In this document: positions 1 to 6,856 of the stretch, in pieces
How positions within the stretch are numbered: position 1 is the stretch's first letter
Layout: each line of letters begins with the position of its first letter
Assembly (NCBI GenBank): GCA_038208905.1
Contig: JBBQYG010000119.1
Location: forward strand, 1-12,951
Direction: 5' to 3'
Source of the DNA: Candidatus Sumerlaeia bacterium
Lineage (GTDB): Bacteria > Sumerlaeota > Sumerlaeia > SLMS01
Length of the DNA: 12,951 bases
Notes under the pieces: model-generated
Database searches by the model: none
Told to the model about the DNA's origin: nothing
The model's input: the letters and a program-made list of their open reading frames with translations, nothing else
Made by a program: the position numbers and the translations under genes

Positions 1-1470
1 GGGCTCTACCGGTCTGCCCTGAGATTCCAACAATTGCAGGTTCTCCGCATCCAGCTCAACCGGCGTTCCATGCAGGCCGACGAAGATCGGCATTACGAAA
101 CGCTCCTTCTTCCCCGGATTCCAGAATTGGTATGCCTTCTCCACCTTGGATCGGTGGTTGAAATTCCAGAAGGTGAAGTATCGCAGATGATGCGGCATCC
201 CCGCCAACGGCCCACCCATGCCCTTGAGGATGCCGCCGTTGATCGCGTCATACAGCGTGACGTAGGGTTGTCCCGAGTGCGAATCCATGCGCTGCTCGGG
301 GCCCATCTCGCATCGCCAATAAATCGTACCGACCCCTTGGTACCCCATGCTGGGCCCGTGCCACATGAGGGCGCGATCCTCCAGCAGGCCGCCCAGAAAC
401 CCGTAGCCCGCGCGCGCATGAATCGCGAAGTGCCCGGGACTCCCCGCGAAGATGACCTGAAGGATGGATGTCTGGGAGCAACTCCGGACGTTGATGGCGT
501 GGTTGGTATTAATGAACGAGCAGCGCCTGACCCACGAGTTGGCCAAGCTATCGAGTTCGAGGATACTCCAACCGCCGTCGTCGAGCGCCGTGCGGTGGTG
601 AACGAAGCGCTGGCGCCAATTGCCCATGAAGCAGATGTCTTCCACGCCCACGTTTTCGGCGACGTTGTATGGCTCCAGCGTCCATCCATAGCTGGAGGTC
701 ACGTTGGTGTGGAGTGGCTCGCGAAAGGTGACCGTGTTCCCTTCGATGGCGGCGATGCGGTGGCGCTCCGTTACCTGAATTCCACCCTTGACGAGGCGAG
801 TCATCGTGGCATCGGGCGAGTGGGGCGCGAGGAACTCGGGAATCGCGTCGGTGCTTTGCATGGCGAGCGTCACCCGCTGGCCCACGCGGAGCCGCGCCGT
901 GCTATCAACCGTCACCGAGAAGGTTTCGCGCCGCGCGTCGTCAGTGACTTTCGCAAAGGTGCCCTGCTCCGGATTCTCGAACTTGGGAAGGAACGTGATC
1001 AGGAATGGCGTGCTGTACATCTTGTCGGGGTCGTCGGGAGGGAAGCAGTTCACCATCTGGACGATGGTGCCGCCCTCGGCCATGCCGCTGCCGCGGAGGA
1101 CGATATTCCCCGTCGTGATAAAGGTGGGCTTGCCGTCGTCGTCGAAGGTGTTCATCAGGAACTTGCCGGGGGGAAAGAAGACCACTCCCCCGCCAGCTTC
1201 CTGGGCGGCGGCGATCGCGTCGCGGATCGCCTTCTGGTCGGAGACATTGTCATCGCCGACGGCTCCGTACTTCGTCACGTCGAAGATGGGGCCCGCCACG
1301 TCGGGAATCGGAACCTCGCTGTCCATGTAGCCCGCCCAGGAATAGTCGGGCAGAACCGGTTCCGCCCCGGTCTTGCGCGCCTCGACGAACTGCTCCCACA
1401 CGGGGGTGGCCGACATGGCGGCGCCGGGGAAGGCAACCAATGTGGCGAGGATCCAGCGGTTCAGCGGCAT
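1..1470 (-). CDS. Secreted right-handed beta-helix polysaccharide lyase-like protein (pectate-lyase-superfamily N-terminus; DUF4955/PL29-like); 3' end outside window
   Basis: Missing from the ORF track because there is no stop before the window edge. Manual translation from ATG 1470 (GGAGG 7 nt upstream) gives MPLNRWILATLVAFPGAAMSATPVWEQFVEARKTGAEPVLPDYSWAGY...IFDVTKYGAVGDDNVSDQKAIRDAIAAAQEAGGGVVFFPPGKF...NIVLRGSG...NVGVEDICF...DSHSGQPYVTLYD...PHHLRYFTFWNF...ESQGRPVEP (490 codons, open). It has a signal peptide and the FDVxxYGAxGDD...DxxAIxxAI...GGVVxFPPG beta-helix cap. The DUF4955/PL29 assignment is from recall of family motifs, not a search. Confidence 0.85.
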   Translation of the reverse strand, partial: MPLNRWILATLVAFPGAAMSATPVWEQFVEARKTGAEPVLPDYSWAGYMDSEVPIPDVAGPIFDVTKYGAVGDDNVSDQKAIRDAIAAAQEAGGGVVFFPPGKFLMNTFDDDGKPTFITTGNIVLRGSGMAEGGTIVQMVNCFPPDDPDKMYSTPFLITFLPKFENPEQGTFAKVTDDARRETFSVTVDSTARLRVGQRVTLAMQSTDAIPEFLAPHSPDATMTRLVKGGIQVTERHRIAAIEGNTVTFREPLHTNVTSSYGWTLEPYNVAENVGVEDICFMGNWRQRFVHHRTALDDGGWSILELDSLANSWVRRCSFINTNHAINVRSCSQTSILQVIFAGSPGHFAIHARAGYGFLGGLLEDRALMWHGPSMGYQGVGTIYWRCEMGPEQRMDSHSGQPYVTLYDAINGGILKGMGGPLAGMPHHLRYFTFWNFNHRSKVEKAYQFWNPGKKERFVMPIFVGLHGTPVELDAENLQLLESQGRPVEP

Positions 1471-2570
1471 GGGGAAGCCTCCAATTGGAATTCGCGATTC
1501 GAATCAGTCTCGGCGGCCCGCAGTGCGGCCCGCATATACCCGAGCGCAAACGCCATCCCCGCGTGCCACGGCGCGCCGCAGGTCATCAGCGGCGTGTGGT
1601 CGGGAATCAGCACTCCGGAAAATCCACCGCGACAGAGCGCCGCCAGCACCCGCGGCATGTCCACGTCGCCGTCGTCCACGAAGGACTCTGTGTAGGTAGG
1701 GACCTGACCGCGGACATTGCGGAAGTGGACATAGCCAATGTGGCCGCCGCGCGCAAGGTCCTCCGCCAGCGTATAGACATCGGCCCCGGGCATCTCGGCC
1801 ACGGTGCCGATGCAGAGTTCGATGCGGTTGCTGGGGCTCGGGTAGGAATCCACCATCTCGCGGAAATGAAGCGGGCGGTGCATGAAGCGGGCCTGACCCC
1901 GGACGGTCTCCAGCGGCGGATCGTCGGGATGCGCGGCGAGAACGACGCCTGACTCCTCTGCAACGGGAAGGACGGCCGCCAGAAAGTCGCGGTGGCGACG
2001 CAGGAGCGCTTCGCGCGGGACTGGCGCAAGGACGCCCTCCGGCGCAGTGGGATCGTACACCCGGTTCCAGACCTCTCCATTGCGGATCGGCTTCTGCACG
2101 ACCGGATCGGCGGCGTCGAAGCTGGACGCGCCGGCGCCGCCGCGCCCGCTGGGCAGGCGCCGCGGACCCCAGACCCCGGCGAGGGTGAAGTTGTAGCCAA
2201 GGCACAGAATGCCGGCCTGGCCCATGCGTCGGATGATCGTGCGGATGCCCTCCAGCTGAGACTGCTTTTCCGCCCCGTCGAGAAGGACATCATACCATAG
2301 CGCGGGGTTGAGGTTCTCCAGTGCGGCGAGGCGCAGGCCTTCGCTCTCGACGAGTTCGCGCAGCGCGACGAGTTCCTCCACCGTCCAGAGCTTTCCACGT
2401 GCGCCTGAGACATCCCACCCCTTCGCATCCGCGTCGAAGTGGGAATGTCTCGGCCCGTCGGTCGTGTAGTCGGCCATGTGCACCACGATGGCCGTGGCGC
2501 CCGCCTGGCGCGCAAACGCCAAGTTATCGCGGGTGAGCATCCGCGCGTAGAGTCCGAGGCCGAGTTCCAT
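1461..2570 (-). CDS. uxuA: Mannonate dehydratase (UxuA family)
   Basis: Motifs CLGYNF, VLPVAEESGVVLAAHPDDPP, ELCIGT, VHFRNVRG, ESFVDDGDVDM, LIPDHTP and AFALGYMRA match the UxuA family. The stop overlaps the downstream lyase start by 10 nt. Confidence 0.88.
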   Translation of the reverse strand: MELGLGLYARMLTRDNLAFARQAGATAIVVHMADYTTDGPRHSHFDADAKGWDVSGARGKLWTVEELVALRELVESEGLRLAALENLNPALWYDVLLDGAEKQSQLEGIRTIIRRMGQAGILCLGYNFTLAGVWGPRRLPSGRGGAGASSFDAADPVVQKPIRNGEVWNRVYDPTAPEGVLAPVPREALLRRHRDFLAAVLPVAEESGVVLAAHPDDPPLETVRGQARFMHRPLHFREMVDSYPSPSNRIELCIGTVAEMPGADVYTLAEDLARGGHIGYVHFRNVRGQVPTYTESFVDDGDVDMPRVLAALCRGGFSGVLIPDHTPLMTCGAPWHAGMAFALGYMRAALRAAETDSNREFQLEASPCR

Positions 2571-2591
2571 CGTCGCGATCGCCGTGATCCC

Positions 2592-3611
2592 CTATCGAAT
2601 CCGGCATTCGGCGCCCGACTGCCAGTAGTCGGGGCTGGAGCCGAGGATTCGCAGCAGCGGATCCGTGATCTCGTCTAGTCGCTTCACCACGTCGTCGGGG
2701 AGCGCGCGCGTGACGCCCTCGTAGTTCGAGCGCAATTGCTCCACATTCCGCGCGCCAACGAGGACGCAGCTAACACCGGGCTTGGCGGCGACCCAGCCGA
2801 GGGCGAGTTGTTCCATGGCGAGCCCCGTCTCTTGGGCAAGCTCGCGAATCTCGGCCAGTGCCTTGTTCACTTCGGGCTCGGCACCAGGCCCGCCGTGGCG
2901 GGATTGCGGGCGGTCTCCGCGGAAGTGGCGCGTCCTCAGGCGAATCTCGGGAATCTCGTCGATGGTGGCATACTTGCCGGAAAGGATTCCCTGAAGCAGC
3001 GACATGTAGCTCATCACGCCAACGCCGTTCTTCTGGCAGAGTGGGAGGAGTTCCACTTCGATGGCGCGCGAGAACAGGTTGTAGTGAAGCTGATTGAGGC
3101 CGATCTGGACACCGGTGGAGAGCGCCGCTGCCAAGTCGATGGGGCCGAAGTTGCTAACGCCGATGACGCGAATTTTTCCCTCGGATTGCAACTGCCCGAG
3201 CATCTCGAAGGCGGGCTCGATGGGGATGTCGCGGATGGGCCAGTGTACCATGTAGATATCAACGTAGTCGGTCTGGAGGCGGCGCAGGCTCGCCTCGCAG
3301 TGCTTGCGCAGCGTGGCGGGTTCGCAGTGGAGCGGGTTGATCTTGGTGCCGATCACGGCCTTCTCTCGACGGCCCTTGAGGGCGCGGCCAAGGGCCTCCT
3401 CGCTGCGCCCTGCGTTGTACATCTCGGCCTCGTCGAAATAGTTCACGCCCATGTCGAGCGCCGCGGAAATCAGGTCGTATGCCTCGGCGTCTGTATATCC
3501 ACCCCAATAGTCGCCTTCGTCGCCGCCGAACATCCAGCAGCCGAGGCCGAGGACGGAAATTTCGAGACCGGAAGCGCCGCATGGCCGCAGGTCGATCTGG
3601 TTGATGCTCAT
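2592..3611 (-). CDS. Aldo/keto reductase (NAD(P)H-dependent oxidoreductase)
   Basis: SGLEISVLGLGCW, catalytic tetrad in FDEAEMY (D,Y) / IGTK (K) / YMVHWP (H), SLRRLQTDYVD, GKIRVIGVSNF, NQLHYNL and LLQGILSGKY. AAAGGG upstream of the ATG. Confidence 0.93.
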   Translation of the reverse strand: MSINQIDLRPCGASGLEISVLGLGCWMFGGDEGDYWGGYTDAEAYDLISAALDMGVNYFDEAEMYNAGRSEEALGRALKGRREKAVIGTKINPLHCEPATLRKHCEASLRRLQTDYVDIYMVHWPIRDIPIEPAFEMLGQLQSEGKIRVIGVSNFGPIDLAAALSTGVQIGLNQLHYNLFSRAIEVELLPLCQKNGVGVMSYMSLLQGILSGKYATIDEIPEIRLRTRHFRGDRPQSRHGGPGAEPEVNKALAEIRELAQETGLAMEQLALGWVAAKPGVSCVLVGARNVEQLRSNYEGVTRALPDDVVKRLDEITDPLLRILGSSPDYWQSGAECRIR

Positions 3612-3648
3612 CGGTAATGGGTCCCTTTGCGAGTTTGGTATTTCGAGA

Positions 3649-4677
3649 TTATTTCTTCGCGATGAGCCGCATGTCGTCGAACTTCAGAACGGTATCGGCC
3701 TTGGCCTCGCCGACGCCATAGCCGCTCGCCACGAAATAGACATCCTGAATGGCCTGGAATCCGGCGGGAGCGCGCACGGCCCTCATGTCCGCGAGGGGGA
3801 TGCTGAGTTCCTTCCATCCGCTCCAGTCCACGACGAAGGTGTGGGCGTAGTAGTCCTTTTCGGGCGTCGCGGCATCGTCGGAGTGGAGGATGAATCCGAT
3901 CTTGGCACCATTGGCGACGGCGGAGTGAACCCACATGTTCACCGAGGCTACGCCGGAAAGGTCCTTCGGAAAATTGCGATTCCTGACGCGGTCGGTGGTC
4001 GGCGTGTCCATCCACTTGCCGGAGTATGTCCCACCGTGCGGCTCCTCTGTATCGGGCACCAGGCCACGCCACGGCTCGACGTTCTCGAAGGCGAGCATCG
4101 CCGCGGTGGCCGCATCGAGAGAGAGCGAGGTGGCGGCCCCGGCGGGCGCGACGGCGGGAAAGGAAATGCCGTCGAGCTTGAGGGTTGTGGTCACCTCGGG
4201 CTCGCCAATGCCGTAGCTTGACGATGCGAAGATGATGCTGGTGATCTTGCCGAAGCCCTTCGGCTCGCGGGTTTGCTTCAACCGGGCGAAGGGAATCTCG
4301 ACCTGACGCCAACCTTCCCAATCCAGCGTGATCGTATCGCGATAGTAGTCATCGCCCTCGGTCTCGGGATTGTCGGCACCCAGAACCACGACGATCTTGG
4401 CGCCGGTGGCGGACGGCGACTGAAGCCAGAACGACATGCGGTCGCTGCCGGAGAGATCGAGCGACAGGTCCGTGAGGCGGACGCGGCTATTGACCTTGGT
4501 ATCGGCCCAGATCGCGCACTGGATACCTTCCTTCGCCTCGTTGGGGTCGGCGACCAAGCCCTTCCACGGCTTGATGTCCTCGAAACCGAGGACTGCGGCG
4601 TTGTCTGCGCCGGCAAGGGAGGGAGCGAAGAAGCCCCCCGCAAGCAGCGCGGCGATGCTCCAAAAAGTGGAGCGCAT
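3649..4677 (-). CDS. Secreted protein of two tandem CBM-like (CBM11/CIA30-type beta-sandwich) domains
   Basis: Signal peptide MRSTFWSIAALLAGGFFAPSLAGA starts at ATG 4677 (GTG 4704, preceded by AAAGGG, is an alternative; ATG 4827 lies in the promoter region). Two ~147-aa repeats share FExxxPWxGLV, DLSG, W.xSxxAxGAKI, DYY, DWxGW, IP, PxGF, FxxSxYGxGE and TLKxD. No catalytic domain recognised. Confidence 0.8.
   Translation of the reverse strand: MRSTFWSIAALLAGGFFAPSLAGADNAAVLGFEDIKPWKGLVADPNEAKEGIQCAIWADTKVNSRVRLTDLSLDLSGSDRMSFWLQSPSATGAKIVVVLGADNPETEGDDYYRDTITLDWEGWRQVEIPFARLKQTREPKGFGKITSIIFASSSYGIGEPEVTTTLKLDGISFPAVAPAGAATSLSLDAATAAMLAFENVEPWRGLVPDTEEPHGGTYSGKWMDTPTTDRVRNRNFPKDLSGVASVNMWVHSAVANGAKIGFILHSDDAATPEKDYYAHTFVVDWSGWKELSIPLADMRAVRAPAGFQAIQDVYFVASGYGVGEAKADTVLKFDDMRLIAKK
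3664..4599 (-). repeat. Intragenic tandem domain duplication (units ~4599-4159 and ~4104-3664, period 165 codons)
   Basis: The two halves of the protein align, e.g. DDYYRDTITLDWEGWRQVEIPF vs KDYYAHTFVVDWSGWKELSIPL, joined by an Ala/Pro-rich linker PAVAPAGAATS. Confidence 0.85.
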
Positions 4678-4809
4678 CGGGCGGGATCGGGTGGGCAGCC
4701 CCACAACTTCGCCCTTTACGCTCTTCAGTCGTCCGGTAGCATGAAGGCCAGATATAGTGTTCATCGCGGAAATCGGTTCCATGTGTGGGGTGGGGAACGA
4801 TGGGTTCAC

Positions 4810-4855
4810 TTGACTTGCTTCCCCCATGCAAGAGTAGGCTCTACGCGAATGTCAA
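4810..4855. promoter_or_regulatory. Putative overlapping opposite-facing sigma70-type promoters (rightward for lacI, leftward for the catabolic operon)
   Basis: + strand: TTGACT 4810-4815, 19-nt spacer, TAGGCT 4835-4840. - strand: perfect TTGACA at 4855-4850, but its best -10 (TACTCT 4836-4831) is only 13 nt away. Both spacings are non-canonical. Confidence 0.4.
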
Positions 4856-4856
4856 T

Positions 4857-4873
4857 ACTAACCCGCGTTAGCA
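4857..4873. promoter_or_regulatory. Putative LacI-family operator, copy 1
   Basis: ACTAACCCGCGTTAGCA. Its reverse complement TGCTAACGCGGGTTAGT matches 6055-6071 at 16/17 positions. It is a near-palindrome with a central CpG, in the divergent intergenic region just upstream of the lacI ATG. Confidence 0.8.
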
Positions 4874-4900
4874 AACGCCCCAACACAAAGGCCCCACCCC

Positions 4901-5923
4901 ATGCCCCCCGTCCGCGCGAAACCAGTAACCATGGCTCATATCGCCGAAGAGGCTGGAGTCGCGCGCACCACAGTCAGCTTTGTCCTGAGCGGTCAACACC
5001 GCGAGCGCGGCATTTCGGACCGCACGGCGGAGCGCATCCGCGAGATCGTGGACCGCTTCAAATTTGTGCCCAACGCAACGGCCCGCAGCCTGAGTCGCCG
5101 ACGCACCGGCATGATCGGCGTCTTCCTCCCGGGATTCAACTCCGTTTGGGGCGAAACCGTCGTCCGGGGCATCCGGGCGCGCCTATTCGATTCCGATGGC
5201 TATGTCCCCCTGATCGCCAGCCAGCACGACGATCCCGACTGGGAGGAGCGGGAGATCAAGCTCCTGATCGAGCGCGACGTGGAGGCCATCGTCTGCTGCC
5301 CCACCGTGAAGACCGAAAACTATCGCCGCATCATGGACCGCGGGATCCCCCTAGTGTTCATTGGGCACCGCGCGAAGGGAATCACCGACGCCAGCTTTGT
5401 CGCGTGGGATGGGCACCGAATCGCGGCGGCGGCCGTTCGCCATCTTGTATCGCGTGGGCGCCGCCGCATCGCCTTCATTGGCCGCGGCGACGAAAACCCC
5501 ACCAGCAGCGAGCGATTCGAGGGATATCGCGAGGCCTTGAAGGAAAACGATCTGGAGTTCCACCGCAATTGGAAGATCAACGTGCCCGACTATCAGGACG
5601 CGGGCCGGATGGTCGCCAAGCTATTCTCCGCCAAGGACCGCCCCGATGCCCTGCTTTCGGACCTGTGGATACAGGCGCTCTCGGCGATGGAGACACTCGA
5701 CGAAAACGGGGTCCGCATTCCGGAGGACGTGGCGCTTCTGGCGCTGGGCGACGCGCCGTTCTGCCGCCATGCGCGCATCGGGCTCTCCTGCGTCGTGGAG
5801 CCAGCGGAGGACCTCGGGCGGCAGGCGGCGGAAATCGCCCTGCACCTCCTTAAGAATCAAGGCGCCCCCGCGATCCAGCGGCTGATTCAGGAGCACAGGA
5901 TCGAAGACCGAAAGACCACGTAG
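4901..5923 (+). CDS. LacI/GalR-family transcriptional regulator
   Basis: N-terminal HTH VTMAHIAEEAGVARTTVSFVLSG, hinge FVPNATARSLSRRRTGMIGV, and a sugar-binding domain with HLVSRGRRRIAFI, ERFEGYREAL and GVRIPEDVAL. Confidence 0.96.
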   Translation: MPPVRAKPVTMAHIAEEAGVARTTVSFVLSGQHRERGISDRTAERIREIVDRFKFVPNATARSLSRRRTGMIGVFLPGFNSVWGETVVRGIRARLFDSDGYVPLIASQHDDPDWEEREIKLLIERDVEAIVCCPTVKTENYRRIMDRGIPLVFIGHRAKGITDASFVAWDGHRIAAAAVRHLVSRGRRRIAFIGRGDENPTSSERFEGYREALKENDLEFHRNWKINVPDYQDAGRMVAKLFSAKDRPDALLSDLWIQALSAMETLDENGVRIPEDVALLALGDAPFCRHARIGLSCVVEPAEDLGRQAAEIALHLLKNQGAPAIQRLIQEHRIEDRKTT

Positions 5924-5938
5924 CCCCGCCCACGCGCC

Positions 5939-5978
5939 ACTTTCCCGCACGCTCGCAAGCCCACAATGGCGGGAAAGT
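5939..5978. terminator. Inverted repeat after the lacI stop (possible terminator or stabilising stem)
   Basis: ACTTTCCCGC (5939-5948) and GCGGGAAAGT (5969-5978) form a perfect 10-bp stem with a 20-nt loop. No U-tract follows. Confidence 0.45.
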
Positions 5979-6021
5979 AGCCGGGCGCCAAGAATTTCAA
6001 TAAACCGGTCCAAGAAAAGCG

Positions 6022-6051
6022 TTGACAGGGGAGGCTCGATATCCGTATTCC
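6022..6051 (+). promoter_or_regulatory. Putative sigma70 promoter of the pilin-lyase operon
   Basis: Perfect TTGACA at 6022-6027, 18-nt spacer, weak -10 TATTCC at 6046-6051, with A-rich sequence upstream (AAGAATTTCAATAAA...AAGAAAAG). Confidence 0.55.
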
Positions 6052-6054
6052 CAC

Positions 6055-6071
6055 TGCTAACGCGCGTTAGT
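6055..6071. promoter_or_regulatory. Putative LacI-family operator, copy 2
   Basis: TGCTAACGCGCGTTAGT contains the perfect 14-bp palindrome CTAACGCGCGTTAG (6057-6070) with a central CpG. It overlaps the predicted transcription start, a typical repressor position. Confidence 0.85.
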
Positions 6072-6139
6072 CGCCCTTCGGCGGCCTCAGCTCACCAGCA
6101 GCGCACACTCCAAACGAGAGAGACCCCGAGGAGAAACGA

Positions 6140-6820
6140 ATGAAACCCGCCAAGGCCTTTACGCTCATCGAACTGCTGATCGTGGTCGCGATTATCGCCA
6201 TCCTCGCCGCCATTGCCGTCCCCAATTTCCTGGAGGCCCAAACGCGGTCCAAGATTTCCCGCGCCCAGGCCGACATGCGCAGCCAGGCGACCGCCATCGA
6301 GGCCTATCGCATCGACAACAACCGCTATAACCCGGGGTACATGACCATTCGCCAGGGAGCGAATGTCTATGCCCAGACATACTTCCCCACCCAGCCCGAA
6401 GATCGGCTTCCGTATGCGTGGAAATACCTCACCACGCCGATCGCCTACATGACCTCCACCCTGATCGATCCCTTCACCGTCGGTGACTATGAATTCGACC
6501 GATTGAGCGTCAAAGGAAGCAATGGCATCGAGTACTGGTATGACGACTATCAGCAGTATGGCTGGGCCCCCGCCGGGCAGAGCGGATACGTGTATTCCCG
6601 CTTTCTCAGAATCGTCAATCGCGGCTATGTTTGGTCGATCTCCAGCGGTGGTCCCGAGAAGCGCACCCAGCAGATGTGGATGGCTCTGGACGGCGAGGAT
6701 CTCGCAGCCGCCAACGGCCACATCAGATTCCCCTACGACCCCAGCAACGGCACCATCTCCGAGGGCTTTGTCGCCCGCACGAGCCGCGGCGTTTACAAGG
6801 AAGTACACCAGACCCAGTAA
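6140..6820 (+). CDS. Prepilin-type N-terminal cleavage/methylation domain protein (type IV pilin/pseudopilin, GspG/PulG-like)
   Basis: Class III signal MKPAKA|FTLIELLIVVAIIAILAAIAVPNF with F+1 and E+5, followed by ADMRS.ATAIEAY, LTTPIAYMTS..DPF and C-terminal YDPSNGTIS. RBS GAGGAG at 6128-6133. Confidence 0.92.
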   Translation: MKPAKAFTLIELLIVVAIIAILAAIAVPNFLEAQTRSKISRAQADMRSQATAIEAYRIDNNRYNPGYMTIRQGANVYAQTYFPTQPEDRLPYAWKYLTTPIAYMTSTLIDPFTVGDYEFDRLSVKGSNGIEYWYDDYQQYGWAPAGQSGYVYSRFLRIVNRGYVWSISSGGPEKRTQQMWMALDGEDLAAANGHIRFPYDPSNGTISEGFVARTSRGVYKEVHQTQ

Positions 6821-6856
6821 CGCGCGAATGCCGGAACTCTCTCAGGAGTGCCTGAC

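Noticed and set aside
34..1695. 553-aa + strand ORF
   Set aside because: In-register antisense shadow of the minus-strand lyase gene, with no recognisable motifs or RBS.
2736..4321. ORFs 2736..3617 (+), 3601..4221 (+) and 3608..4321 (-)
   Set aside because: Antisense or alternate-frame overlaps of the AKR and CBM genes with no protein motifs.
4678..4827. N-terminal 50-aa extension of the CBM protein in the ORF track
   Set aside because: It lies before the signal peptide and reaches into the promoter region. A start at 4677 (or GTG 4704) fits better.
4273..5853. 526-aa + strand ORF
   Set aside because: Antisense to the CBM gene, then out of frame within lacI. Arg/Pro/Gly-rich, and it crosses the promoter and operator.
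6140..6820. Calling the prepilin gspG or pilA of a T2SS/T4P operon
   Set aside because: No assembly genes nearby and the head domain is not recognisably GspG or PilA, so no gene symbol was given.
6817..6830. Possible third operator GTAACGCGCGAATG at the pilin stop
   Set aside because: Only 10/14 match with the right half-site broken, so it is plausibly chance in GC-rich DNA.
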